In this document: in pieces, positions 1 through 11,672 of the stretch
Layout of the letters: the number at the start of each line of letters is the position of its first letter
Position numbering within the stretch: the stretch's first letter is position 1
Source: Azolla caroliniana
Lineage: Eukaryota; Plantae; Polypodiophyta
NCBI GenBank assembly: GCA_043228905.1
Contig: JBHGNT010000002.1
Span: 4,340,001-4,404,000 of the forward strand
Direction: 5' to 3'
DNA length: 64,000 bases
Notes under the pieces: generated by a model
What the model saw: the letters and a program-made list of their open reading frames with translations, nothing else
Database searches by the model: none
What the model was told of the DNA's origin: nothing
Made by a program: the position numbers and the translations under genes

Positions 1-1289
1 CACGCACGCGCGTAACAACGCGACACCGGCTTGTATCCGGTTCGGACGGTATCCGGTTTTCGCTTGTACTCCCTCTCAAGCTTGGGAAGTCAAGGACCGT
101 CAATCCAAGGTATGACAGGAATTGCCGAAGCTTGTCGGCTCCTAGGGCTTTGGTGAAGATGCCGGCTGTCTGAAGATTCGTAGTGATATGTTGAAGGTCG
201 ACATCGCCAGCCTGAACATGCTCTTGAATGAAGTGATAGTGCACTTCGATATGCTTCGTGCATGCGTGGAACATCGGGTTTCGAGCGAGATAACTACTGC
301 TCATGTTGTCGCAGTAAAGGAGAATTAGATCTTTGATGGGAACGCCCAGATCCTTTAATATCCTCTTGAGCCATACGACTTCACATGCAGCCACCGTCAT
401 GCCCCTGTATTCGGCCTTTGTGCTCAAAAGAGCGACGGTTGGTTGCTTCTGGCTACTCCAGGAGATGGCTCCACTTCCAAGGGAGAAGATGAAACCAAAG
501 GTTGATTATCGGTCGGCTTTGTAGCCTGCCCAGTCAACATCTGTGTACCCCTCGAGTTGAATTGGTGTGGCTGACTTATAGAGAATGCCATAGTCCATCG
601 TTCCGCTCACGTATCGTAGCACTCTCTTAGCACAATCCAAATGGATATCTCGTGGCATTTGCATGAACTGGCTAAGAAGGCCGACCGAATAGCTCAGGTC
701 TGGTTGAGTGATCGTGAGGTAGATAAGACTACCGATCAGTTGTCAATACTGAGTTGGCTCACACTCTGTGGTGCCAGAATTGGCATCTAGTTTGAGGTTT
801 CGGTCGAGAGGTGTTGCCACAGACTTGCACTCAGTCATCCCGAACTTGTATAACAAGTTGAGAATGTAGTGCCGTTGGGAGATCATAATCTTGGCTGGAG
901 TTCGAATTACCTTGATGCCAAGGAAGTAGTGGAGCTCTTTCATGTCCGCCATCTCGAATTTGTTGGAAATGAGGGATTTGACCTTGTTGATGTCGACTAG
1001 ATGCTCACCTCCAATGACCAGATCATCCACGTACGGGATGACGACGATTAGACTTTCGGTATCGCTTCTTACATAGAGAGAATTGTCGGATTTTGACATT
1101 CAGAAGCCAATTCGATGAAGATATTGTGTTATCTTCGAGTGCCAAGCACGTGGTGCTTGCTTAAGGCTGTAGAGAGGCTTCTTGAGTCAGCAGATGGCTT
1201 GCAGATAATGTTGGATTCAAAGTCGGGTGGTTGTACCATGTACACCTCTCCTCTTCTAATTCGCTTTGAAGAAAAGCGTTCTTGACATC
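1..1289 (-). pseudogene. Ty1/Copia element C, 3' part of RT and RNase H (disrupted); 3' LTR lies outside the window
   Basis: Minus-strand RT motifs (YVDDLVIGG, YFLGI.VIRT) and RNase H motifs (FHARTKHIEVHYHFI); reading continues at 12832 (GWHLHQ|MDVKNAF split by the insertion of element A). Confidence 0.9.
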
Positions 1290-1723
1290 TGTTGATGGCA
1301 AGCTCAATCGGATCCGGATCGGCTGAATAAGCCTGAGCCGGATCGGCATCCGGAAGGATGAGCCGGATCGGTGAGCCGGTGAGCTGGGGAGCTGGTTAGC
1401 CAGATCCAGCAGTAACCGAAAGCCGAGTAATAGCTTAGATTACTAGGTAGTTATTGTCTCGTAGTTAGTGTCAGACGCTCGTGTGAGCATTGATTGAAGT
1501 ACGTTGTACTTCTGTCAGTCCCATGAGGACTTGTATAAATAGTGTTGTTGAGCACGTTGTATGCACAGAGTGTTGATATAATTTTTGAATCTAGATTCCT
1601 GTTCTGCTCTCTCTATCTCTCCCGATTACTCTATGTATTCTGTGTATTATTCTCTCTCTCTCTCTCTCTCTGCTGCTACGCAGCCAAGCTGTTGTCTTAC
1701 GCTTCCGCACATATGTTTCAACA
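1290..1723 (+). repeat. 5' LTR of Copia A
   Basis: Direct repeat of 12371-12826; TG..CA ends; TATAAATA near 1535. Confidence 0.95.
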
Positions 1724-1734
1724 TGGTATCAGAG
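1724..1734 (+). promoter_or_regulatory. PBS complementary to initiator tRNA-Met
   Basis: TGGTATCAGAG immediately after the LTR. Confidence 0.9.
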
Positions 1735-1821
1735 TGCGAGGGTTGAAGACCTCTGCAGCCGACATTTGCTTTCGCAAGACGAACCCTACAGGTTGTGAGA
1801 ACAGTAGACAGAAAAAAAAAA

Positions 1822-4800
1822 ATGGACAAAGATATGGCGAGTTCACTTCCTACAGAGGCTCGACCGGAGCAACTACACGTCTTGGTCATACAAATTGCAC
1901 CAGTACCTACTGGGTATGGGTATTGGAGTTTCGTGGAAGGAACGAATGAGGTAGCACCAAGGCCTAGACACAAGGACTTCCCGGTATGGGAGCAAGGAGC
2001 GAGCCGAGTATTATACTGCTTCACGTCCTGTGTGCACGACCAGATGCTCGGCTACATCAGGTATGCAAAGACGCCAAAGGAGGCCTGGGAAAATCTGCAT
2101 AAGATTTTCTCCACAAGTACCACAACCCGTAAGTTGCAGCTCTGGCAAGAACTGAACAACATCTGACAAAGAGATATGTCGGTTACGGACTACACCACCA
2201 AAATAAAGGAGATTTGCGATGCGCTCGGGTCCATCAACGTGACGGTAGACGAAGACGAAATGGTACAAATCTGCCTTGGTGGTCTAGCGCAAAGGTATGG
2301 GTCAATCCGGACAGCGAACTGCACCCGAGAGAAACCACTGACCTTTTTTGACTTGCAATCGATGTTGATGGTCGAAGAAAACCATGCGAGTGGGTCCATG
2401 ACCACTCAATCGGAGAGTCGGATGCTGTACACGGAGGTGGATAAGCCCCGTGGGCGTAGGGGACGAGGTGGGTCGGCACACATTGGAGGCGGCTGGCAAG
2501 AGCAGGAAAGAAGGCATAGAGAACGTGCCGATAGTAGTTTCAGGACTTCCACAAGCAGGGGGAGTCAAGGCAGCGCCGGAGGCCGGCAAGACAAATCCGC
2601 CACGGAATGCTGGTACTGTGGCAAAAAGGGCCACAGAGAAAGTGAGTGCTGGAAGAAGCGCGCTGATTCGGACAAATCTGGATCCGGCAAAACCGGTCGG
2701 GAGAACCGGCTCGCACTACGCACAAGGATCGAAAGGATCCGGAACCGGGAAGACCGATAAGGGTCCAGCCTTGGTGATGAAGCACGAGGCAAATTCGATG
2801 AAGAAGACCACTTCCAAATTGGAGGAAGTATGGTATGTTGATTCTGGTGCGTCGAACCACATGATGAGCCATGAAGAGTGATTCTCTTATCTGGAGAAAC
2901 TGGATCAACCAGGAGTTGTCGAAATCGGAGACGACACTCCTCACCCAATCGGGCATATCGGAGAAGTCCCTTTGAGCCATGTTGGACAGAGGGGGAAGCT
3001 GATGAACGTATTACACGTTCCGACCATCACGAAGAACCTGGTGTCAGTTGGACAGATTGTCGACTAGGGGATGTAGGTGCGGTTTACGCACCTCGGGTGC
3101 TTCATCGAGGAAGAGGGCCAAATCATTGTGCAAGGGCGCAGAGACAAGAGGATGTTTATCCTCAACACCAATGATGTCGGCACCACGTTGTTCGCCAAAG
3201 GACAGAAGATTGAATCGGATATTGATCTCTGGCACAAGCGGATCGACCACGTCAATTACCAGTGGCTTCAAGACATGCAAACGAAACAAGTTGTTTTCGG
3301 TTTGCCGAAGTTTAGTGGCCGGAAGGCCCATGTATGTGAAGCTTGCCAACTTGGGAAGCAACACCGGCTTCCATTCCCCACCGAACAAAACCGTACCCGT
3401 AACAAGCTCGACCTTATCCATTCGGATGTATGGGGACCGGCACAGAACGTCAGTCTTGGTAGGAGTCAATATTTCGTCTCCTTCATCGACGACTACAACC
3501 GGCACACATGGATCTACCTCATCGAGCAGAAGAGTGAAGTCTTCGAGTGTTTCCAGAACCTGCAGAGCCTGGTTGAACGGGAAACAGAGAGAAAGATCAA
3601 GTGCTTGCGGTCGGATGGTAGAAAAGAGTACTTTTCCGGTCAACTCAACGGGTATCTGCAACAAATGGGAATTTGGCGAGAATTCAATTGCAGATATACG
3701 CCGGAGCAAAACGGCATGGCCGAAAGGAAAAATCGTTCGATTGTGGACACGGCAAGGGCAATGCTGGAAGAGAAGAGCATGCCCCATTTCTACTGGACGG
3801 AGGCGGTCCGGACGGCCGTCTACATCCAAAACTGGATCGATGACAAGGTGTCTGCGCATGAGCTCTATTTCGGGCGCAATCAGAATTTGAGACACCTTCA
3901 GATATTCGGTAGCACTGCATATGTGCATGTGCCGGATGAAAAGCGGAGGAAGTTGGATGCAAAGTCGAAGAAGTGCATCTTAGTCGGCTACTCACATGAG
4001 CAAAAGGGGTATAAGTGTTATAACCTCCGGACGAAGCAGGTCCGAGTTAGCTGGGATGTTGAGTTTGATGAGACGGCATCATGGTATGCCTTACCGGCTC
4101 CAACTTCCGACCTTGACCCGATACTGGAGGATGAGGCTAGTGAGCCTGAACCGGCCCAGATAGAAGATGAAGACCTCGGCACTCTAGAAGAGAGTCCGAT
4201 CTCATTTCGGTTAAGTGGACCGAATGCGGTTGAGTCGGGATGACCAGTCAGATGAGGAACCGGCGAGTAGTGGAGACTCTGTTGTGCTCTCCCCATGCAA
4301 GGAATTGAGGAGACGGTTCACGCGCAGAGAGAAGGGGAAGAAGAAGACGTCAGAATACGAAATTGGCAACGTTGAGTCAAATCGGAACGAATCCGACTCC
4401 AAAAGGATGAAGGCGGAACTCTGGGAATGAAGTCCGACCAGGCCAAGAAGGGCCCCAAACCGGGTAATACCAAGTTACGCCGGTCTTCCCGCCAAAAGAA
4501 CCCCGTGACGCGGTACGGGTACAATGAGTACATGGCGCATCACTATGCGTACATGACCAAGGTGGCGGAAGTGCGTGAGCCGGAGAGTTACGCAGAAGCA
4601 ACAAAGGACGCAAATTGGCATGCCGCTATGGAGGAAGAAATGCAGGCACTTGATGCAAATGACACATGGGACCTAGTTGACCCTCCTCGTCACTGTAAAC
4701 CGATTGGATGTAAGTGGGTGTACAAAGTAAAGTACAATGCCGACGGATCGGTTAATCAGTAGAAGGCCCGGTTAGTGGCGAAGGGATATGCGTAGACCCA

Positions 4801-6441
4801 TGGAATCGATTATGATGAGACCTTCGCTCTAGTAGCAAAGATGACGACGGTCCGTGTGGTGCTGGCGGTTGCTGCAGCAAGGGAGTGGCATCTTCACTAG
4901 ATGGATGTGAAGAATTCATTTCTTCAAGGAGATCTTGAAGAAGAGGTCTTTATGACCCAACCTCCCGGTTTCCAGATGGAGATGAACAAGTCGGTGGTAT
5001 GCCGGCTGAAGAAGTTACTTTATGGCCTAAAGCAAGCCCCCCGAGCTTGGAATGCGAAGATCACGCACCGGTTGCGTAAGATGGGGTTTGCGGCCTCCAA
5101 GTCTGACTCTTCGTTGTTCATTCGGCAAGGTTCGGACGGTCCAGTTTGCATCTTACTGTATGTTGATGATCTAGTCATCACTGGAGCCAGACTCGATGAC
5201 ATCAACCGAGTCAAGTCCCATATGTCAGACGCATTTGAGATGAAGGACCTGGGGGACCTTCACTATTTCCTCAGGATCAAGGTGATCCGAACCCCCGATG
5301 GAATATTGCTCTCACAAAGACACTATGTGTTGAATATGTTGTACAAGTTCGGCATGAAGGAATGTCGTCCAATCTCCACACCCCTAGATCGGACCAGAAG
5401 CATCGTCCCGACTCTGGACCGGCCTGCAATGAGAAGCGATTCCGACAAATCGTCGGAAGCCTCATATATTTGACAATCACTCGACCCGACATCAGTTATC
5501 CGGTCAGCGTGATCAACCAATATATGCAGAAGCTGACCGTGGAGCACCTTCTGTGCGCGCATCGAATTTTGCGATATGTGAGCGGCACGAAGGACCGGGA
5601 ACTGTTATACCGGCGTGGTATAACCGAAGAGCTAGTCAGCTACACCGATGCTGACTGGGCCAACGATGCATCGGATTGCCAATCTACCTCTGGCTATATG
5701 TTTTCCCTTGGTAGCGCAGCTGTTGCGTGGAGCAGCCAAAAGCAGCCAATAGTGGCCCTCTCAACACTAAGGCTGAATACCGGGGCGCTACGGTTGCCAC
5801 CTGTGAAGCCATTTGGCTTCGGCGACTGTTGCCGATTCCGATCCTAATCTACTGCGACAACATAAGTAGCATGCAACTTGCCAAGAACCCCGTATTCCAT
5901 GCTCGCACAAAGCACATAGAAGTGCACTACCACTTCGTGCGTGAGCGTGTCCTGAGCGGTGAAGTTGAACTTTGGTATGTTCATACGGATCGGCAAGTTG
6001 CCGACATCTTCACCAAACCGCTCGGATCGGACAAGTTGCAGCACTTCACCGAAATGCTTGGTGTTCAGCAGCTCGACGTGCCACACTTGAGGGTGAGAAC
6101 GGGCAAAGGCAAAGAAACTGCTGATTGCGCCGGTGAGGGAAGAACCGACAAAAGGGGAGACAAGAAGAAGAAAGGAGCCGAGTCGACAAAGGAAGTTGAC
6201 ACATCCGAACAAGTCAGAACAAGCGGCAACGATGGCAGAGTCAAGAAGGACAAAGTCCACCAGAAGAAGAAGGCCAAGACCCGGACATGGTCTGATGTGG
6301 TGAAGGGCCTGGAACCGGAAGACGAATCGGGAGCAACCGATTCGGACAAGAGCTGGAACGAATCGGAGACATCCGATTCGGTTCAACAGACGGATTTGGA
6401 AGAACCAGATCAATTCAAGGCCAAGAGGACGAGATGGCAGC
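1822..6441 (+). pseudogene. Copia A gag-pol, broken by stops and frameshifts
   Basis: ORF fragments with zinc knuckle CWYCGKKGHRESEC, protease WYVDSGASNHM, integrase LRSDG..PEQNGMAER, RT LYVDD, RNase H TKHIEVHYHFVRE. Confidence 0.92.
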
Positions 6442-6871
6442 TGTCATGAGATGGTTAAGACTCGAACCCATGACCTTATGGTATATGGGTCGAGCTCTTA
6501 ACCATCTCACCATCTATTGTAATTCATAGAATATTATTTTCATTTATGTTTTATTATAAGAAAGTAATGTATATTCCAGATTTCTCTGGAACATTCTAGA
6601 AGCTTCAGGATTATTCCTGAGAACACTATAAAAGAAGGCACTAAGCATTATGTTGAACCAAATTGGTTCAACACCAGTCTTAAGCCTCTTAGTCGATTTG
6701 TACTTATCTTTCATATAATATAAGAGCTGCTGTCATCAGCCTATTTCCCTCTCTCTCTCCTCTTCTCACTTCCTCTCTCTCGGGAATCTTACGCAGTCCC
6801 GTCCTCTTAGTACTAATAGTACTACTCTTCTTAGTACTAATTCCATCTCTGTTTTAGTACTATTCCTGACA
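6442..6871 (+). repeat. 5' LTR of chromovirus B1
   Basis: TGTCA..TGACA; TATAAAA 6627-6633; identical to 11673-12102 except one base. Confidence 0.96.
6447..6519 (-). promoter_or_regulatory. tRNA-like Pol III A/B-box module antisense in U3 of B1 (second copy 11678-11750)
   Basis: Minus strand TGGTGAGATGG(TTAAGAGC)...AGGTC-ATGGGTTCGAGTC with tRNA spacing. Confidence 0.6.
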
Positions 6872-6873
6872 GT

Positions 6874-6884
6874 TTGAACCAATT
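6874..6884 (+). promoter_or_regulatory. Self-priming PBS (TTGAACCAATT) complementary to LTR 6661-6671
   Basis: No TGG tRNA-type PBS; perfect 11-nt complement of AATTGGTTCAA, which lies 34 nt after the start of the TATA box. Confidence 0.75.
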
Positions 6885-6940
6885 TTTTCCTCTAGCCTAC
6901 TTGTCACTCTCCCTCATCCTCCTACCCTTTCCCCTATACT

Positions 6941-8095
6941 ATGGCTACTGTTAGCGCCCAAGAATACCAATCCGTTTTCTCCGAGCTCCAGTGCCTAAAA
7001 GAAAAGTTTGTTGCCTTGGAACAAGAAAACCAACGGCTGATAGGGGATCTGCAACAAATCGCTCTAGAAAAACAACAAACGCAACAACATGGGGAGTTAG
7101 CGTTACGGGTACAACAACTCGAAGCAGCGTTGCAACAACAAGGATCCAGTCCCCAAGGATTTCATAAAGAGCCCAAGATTGGACTTCCTGTGAAATTTGA
7201 TGGAACGCGTTCGCAATTTCGGGGATTCCTTAATCAGGTACGCTTAGTCATCCAGATGCATCCTTCCCGATATCCCACTGATGCATCTCGAGTCGGCCTA
7301 ATAGGCACGCTACTTAGCGGCTCAGCCTTGGCATGGTTCGCTCCGCTTCTAGAAAAACAATCGCCCTTGCTTAATAACTTTGAAGATTTTATTGGTGAGT
7401 TTAAAGCCTGCTTTGGAGACACCGACAGCATCAGGACGGCGATCAACAAGATCCGGCGATTGCGTCAAGGCGATCGTCCAGCCTCTGCCTACGCGGCGGA
7501 TTTCCGCCTACTTGCTTCAGATATACCCTGGGATGATCAAGCACTAATGGAGCAGTTTCGCTATGGCTTGCGAAACGATGTCAAAGATCTACTTCTAACT
7601 TTCCCCGAAGAACCAAAGTCTCTTACGGAGGCAATCAGTCGAGCAGTTCGATGTGACAACCGCCTTTTTGAACGGCGTTCAGAACGTCAATTACAGATAC
7701 CACGCTCTAGGCCAGAACCCACTTACGCCGCAGTCGCGGCTAAACCGTTTGCACGAGACATACCTCAAGCAAATACTTCGACACCGATGGAGATCGATAC
7801 CATGCGTCGACGCGGCCCGTTATCGGAAGAAGAAAAGCAACGACGACGTGCCAATCGATTATGCCTTTATTGCGGTGGACCAGGACATATCGCCATCAAT
7901 TGTCCCCATAGGCCAAGAAGACAGGTAAATCAAATTGTCGCCTGTACTAAACCTGAGTCAATTCTTCCCTTCGGAGTGTCTGATAGTAGTAATAGTACTA
8001 ATAGAGTGTCAGATAGTATTCATAGTACTAATAGCCCAAGTATCTCAAATAAATTTGAAATCCTTAGTCAATTAGATGAAGAGTTAAACGATTGA
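6941..8095 (+). CDS. gag: Gag of chromovirus B1 (coiled coil, capsid, CCHC zinc knuckle)
   Basis: 384-aa ORF; KFDGTR..LLSGSALAW capsid motif; CLYCGGPGHIAINC. Confidence 0.92.
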   Translation: MATVSAQEYQSVFSELQCLKEKFVALEQENQRLIGDLQQIALEKQQTQQHGELALRVQQLEAALQQQGSSPQGFHKEPKIGLPVKFDGTRSQFRGFLNQVRLVIQMHPSRYPTDASRVGLIGTLLSGSALAWFAPLLEKQSPLLNNFEDFIGEFKACFGDTDSIRTAINKIRRLRQGDRPASAYAADFRLLASDIPWDDQALMEQFRYGLRNDVKDLLLTFPEEPKSLTEAISRAVRCDNRLFERRSERQLQIPRSRPEPTYAAVAAKPFARDIPQANTSTPMEIDTMRRRGPLSEEEKQRRRANRLCLYCGGPGHIAINCPHRPRRQVNQIVACTKPESILPFGVSDSSNSTNRVSDSIHSTNSPSISNKFEILSQLDEELND

Positions 8096-11000
8096 GTCCA
8101 GCCAAAATAGGAGCCATTTGGTTGGACAGCAGCCCTAGATCTGTACAGCCCATTAGTGGTTCCATTCCTTCCAAGCAAGTTAGCAATGTGTTCCTAGCCC
8201 AAGTCATTGTTAGTACTAAAAGTACTCCCCCAGTACCCGTCCTAGCACTTTTAGATTCCGGAGCTAATTCCTGTTTCATGGATCGAAATTTTGCCCAAGC
8301 TTCTCAGATATCCTTAAGAAAACTTCCTTGTCCCGCATCTGTAGTGGTCATTGATGGTCGTCCCATTGCTTCCGGGAATATTGTAGAAGAATCAGAACCC
8401 ATTCAAGTTGTCCTAGGTAGTTTTGTGTGTATAATATCATTTAATATAATTAGTAGTCCAGAGCATCCCATTGTCCTAGGATTACCTTGGCTTGAGTTAC
8501 ATAATCCAGCCATAGATTGGAGAACAAGAGAAGTCCGATATCGACCACCCCAAGAATCAACTCGCCGAGTTTCGACCATTTCACTCCATCAACTACGCGA
8601 AGAAGGACCCAAGGAGGCAATGTTCCTATTTTCCATATCAGTACATCCTTCCAGCACTATTAAGAAGGACTCCTCAGTACAACTTCCGGCAAAATATCAT
8701 CCTTATGCCGATGTATTTGACAAGGTAAAAGCCGGTACCCTTCCTCATCACCGTCCCTATGACTGTCCCATCGATTTACAACCAGGAACCGAGCCACCAT
8801 GGGGACCAATTTACAACCTGTCACCCACCGAGTTAGAAGTCCTTCGAGCCTACATAGAGGAGAACTTGGCAAGCGGGTTCATCCGTCATTCGAAGTCTCC
8901 GGCCGGTGCACCCATCTTCTTTGTCAAGAAGAAAGATGGCTCACTTCGTCTTGTCGTTGATTACCGCGGATTAAATAAAGTCACCATCCGGAATAGGTAT
9001 GCACTTCCTCTTATATCAAGTCTTTTAGAGCGAGTTAATGGTGCCAAGTTTTTTACTAAAATCGACCTACGCGGAGCGTATAATCTCGTGCGGATCCGAC
9101 CGGGAGATGAGTGGAAGACCGCTTTTCGCACGCGGTATGGGCATTTTGAGTATACTGTTATGCCGTTTGGCCTAACCAATGCACCCGCAGTCTTCCAACA
9201 CATGGCAAATGATATATTCAGAGACCTCTTGGATATCTGTTTGATCATTTATCTGGATGATCTGTTGATTTATTCGAAGACCCAGGAAGAGCACGACTCT
9301 CATGTACTATTAGTACTAAAGCGACTCCGCGAGAATGGTCTTTATGCCAAGCTAGAAAAATGTAGCTTTGACTGCAAGCAAGTGGAATTTCTAGGCTACG
9401 TCATCTCCTCAAAGGGCATCGCCATGGATCCAGCTAAGATCCAAACTGTACTAGAGTGGCAAATTCCACGGTCGGTACGAGATGTACAATGTTTTCTAGG
9501 TTTTGCTAACTTCTACCGTAAGTTTATACAGGATTACTCGAAGATTATTTTACCTCTCACACAACTTACGAAGAAGGGCCAAGCATTTCTTTGGTCCATT
9601 GAAGCAGATATGGCTTTTCGGCATCTTAAGAAAGCCTTTACATCAGCACCGATTCTAGCTCATGTGGATACAAGCAAACCATTCATCATGGAGGCCGACG
9701 CATCAGATTTCGCCCTCGGTAGCATCCTTTCTCAACAAGGTGATAAAGAAGAGTTGCATCCGGTGGCTTTCCATTCGCGCAAATTCGATGTCGCAGAAAT
9801 CAACTACGAAATACATGACAAGGAGTTATTAGCCATCGTGGATTCATTTGTACAATGGCGGCATTTCTTAGAGGGCTCTCCACATCAGGTCATTGTCTTC
9901 AGCGATCATAAAAATCTTGCTTATTTTCAGAACGCTCGCGTACTAAATCGACGGCAAGCTCGGTGGGCGCAATTCCTCACGCGTTTCGACTTCAAAATCA
10001 CATATCGACCGGGGAAGCAGCAAGGAAAAGCAGATGCACTATCACGACGTTCATATCTTGCACCTCGTCCTGGTGAAGCAACATTTGATAATCAAAAGCA
10101 AGTAATCTTGGGACCAACACGATTGCACACGACGCGGATTTTTCACACCCCGATGGATTCACGGATTACCGATGACATACGTGCAACCTTGAAGACGGAT
10201 AGTTTTGCTCAAGACATCCTGGCGCACATTGATACTTCTCGGGCATCCTGTTCTCAGTCTCAACAACCAGGTATTGACTACCGACAATTCGAATATCATG
10301 ATGGTTTGTTATTCTTTAAAAAGCGCGTATATGTCCCCGATTGCTCCTGTCGCCTTCAAATTGTCCAACATTGTCACGACACCCATACGGCGGGACATTT
10401 CGGTAGTACTAAGACGTTGGAGCTAGTGCAGCGATCTTTTTGGTGGCCCCACATGCGCCGTTTTGTCGACGACTACGTTCGGACCTGTGATGCTTGCTGC
10501 CGAGCAAAGATGCCACGACACCATCCATATGGCTTGTTGGAACCTTTACCAATTCCAAGTAAGCCATGGCAGTCTATTTGTCTTGATTTTATCACAGATC
10601 TGCCGGTCTCGAAAGGGTTCGATGCTATCCTAACCGTCGTCGATCGATATACGAAGATGGCACATTTTGTGCCATGTACTAAAGCCATCACTAGCGAGGA
10701 AACCGCCGCTCTTGTTATGCGTGAGGTTTTTCGGCATCATGGCCTCCCAGACAGTATTATCAGTGACCGAGGCCCGCAATTTGTCTCCAAATTTTGGCAG
10801 CATCTCTTCAAGATGCTCAAGGTCTCCTGCAACCTCTCCTCCGGCTACCATCCTCAGACCGACGGACAGGCGGAACGAACAAACCAAACGCTGGAGCAAT
10901 ATCTCCGGTGTTTCCTGAGTTATCAACAGGACGATTGGGCCGAGATTCTCCACTTTGCGGAGTTTGCGTATAATAATGCTATTCACTCCTCGACTCGGGT

Positions 11001-11661
11001 CTCCCCATTTTTCGCTTATACCGGTTTCCATCCTCGCTGGTCGGTGATCGACACTCCGGAGCTACCTACCAACCCTCGTGCCGAGGATCATTTGGAGAGG
11101 CTACGCAAGATCCAGATGGATCTCTCTACTCACCTTCGTCATGCTCAACACACACAGAAGACTTATGCAGATCGTCATCGGATTCCCTCCTCTTTTGCCA
11201 TCGGAGATCGAGTATGGCTCTTACGTCGTCACATCAAGACTACTCGACCGTGCGACAAGTTGGATTATCGACGACTCGGTCCTTTCCTTATTACGGGGAA
11301 GATTAATGATGTCACCTTCCGCCTTGATCTCCCTCCGCAGCTTCAGATACATCCGGTTTTCCATTGTTCTCTTCTTGAACCTTATAAAGCAAACACCATT
11401 CCCGATCGTGTGACACCACCGCCGCCCCCATTGGAGTTGGACGCCGGCCCGGAGTATGAAGTTGCCATCCTCGATTCCAAACTTGTTCGCAACAAACTCT
11501 ATTACTTGGTCGATTGGCTCGGTTATAGTCCGAGCGAACGTACTTGGGAACCCGTCGAGAATGTTGCCAATGCACAAGATCTTCTTGCTGATTTCCACCG
11601 AAAGTATCCGGACAAACCCGGTCCGCAAGTAGCGCTGACTCGTTCCACTCGTCGTCTTTAA
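8092..11661 (+). CDS. pol: Pol of chromovirus B1 (PR-RT-RH-INT-chromodomain), in the -1 frame relative to gag, probably reached by frameshift at 8083-8089
   Basis: ALLDSGA; YLDD; EADASDFALG; H..H..C..C and DRGPQF..GQAER integrase; YYLVDWLGYSPSERTWEP chromodomain; no ATG at the ORF start. Confidence 0.93.
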   Translation: MSPAKIGAIWLDSSPRSVQPISGSIPSKQVSNVFLAQVIVSTKSTPPVPVLALLDSGANSCFMDRNFAQASQISLRKLPCPASVVVIDGRPIASGNIVEESEPIQVVLGSFVCIISFNIISSPEHPIVLGLPWLELHNPAIDWRTREVRYRPPQESTRRVSTISLHQLREEGPKEAMFLFSISVHPSSTIKKDSSVQLPAKYHPYADVFDKVKAGTLPHHRPYDCPIDLQPGTEPPWGPIYNLSPTELEVLRAYIEENLASGFIRHSKSPAGAPIFFVKKKDGSLRLVVDYRGLNKVTIRNRYALPLISSLLERVNGAKFFTKIDLRGAYNLVRIRPGDEWKTAFRTRYGHFEYTVMPFGLTNAPAVFQHMANDIFRDLLDICLIIYLDDLLIYSKTQEEHDSHVLLVLKRLRENGLYAKLEKCSFDCKQVEFLGYVISSKGIAMDPAKIQTVLEWQIPRSVRDVQCFLGFANFYRKFIQDYSKIILPLTQLTKKGQAFLWSIEADMAFRHLKKAFTSAPILAHVDTSKPFIMEADASDFALGSILSQQGDKEELHPVAFHSRKFDVAEINYEIHDKELLAIVDSFVQWRHFLEGSPHQVIVFSDHKNLAYFQNARVLNRRQARWAQFLTRFDFKITYRPGKQQGKADALSRRSYLAPRPGEATFDNQKQVILGPTRLHTTRIFHTPMDSRITDDIRATLKTDSFAQDILAHIDTSRASCSQSQQPGIDYRQFEYHDGLLFFKKRVYVPDCSCRLQIVQHCHDTHTAGHFGSTKTLELVQRSFWWPHMRRFVDDYVRTCDACCRAKMPRHHPYGLLEPLPIPSKPWQSICLDFITDLPVSKGFDAILTVVDRYTKMAHFVPCTKAITSEETAALVMREVFRHHGLPDSIISDRGPQFVSKFWQHLFKMLKVSCNLSSGYHPQTDGQAERTNQTLEQYLRCFLSYQQDDWAEILHFAEFAYNNAIHSSTRVSPFFAYTGFHPRWSVIDTPELPTNPRAEDHLERLRKIQMDLSTHLRHAQHTQKTYADRHRIPSSFAIGDRVWLLRRHIKTTRPCDKLDYRRLGPFLITGKINDVTFRLDLPPQLQIHPVFHCSLLEPYKANTIPDRVTPPPPPLELDAGPEYEVAILDSKLVRNKLYYLVDWLGYSPSERTWEPVENVANAQDLLADFHRKYPDKPGPQVALTRSTRRL

Positions 11662-11672
11662 GGGGGAGATAG

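Noticed and set aside
5727-6449. Charged C-terminal tail as a separate captured gene or env
   Set aside because: In frame with RNase H, low complexity, no TM segment; the apparent end is created by the B1 insertion
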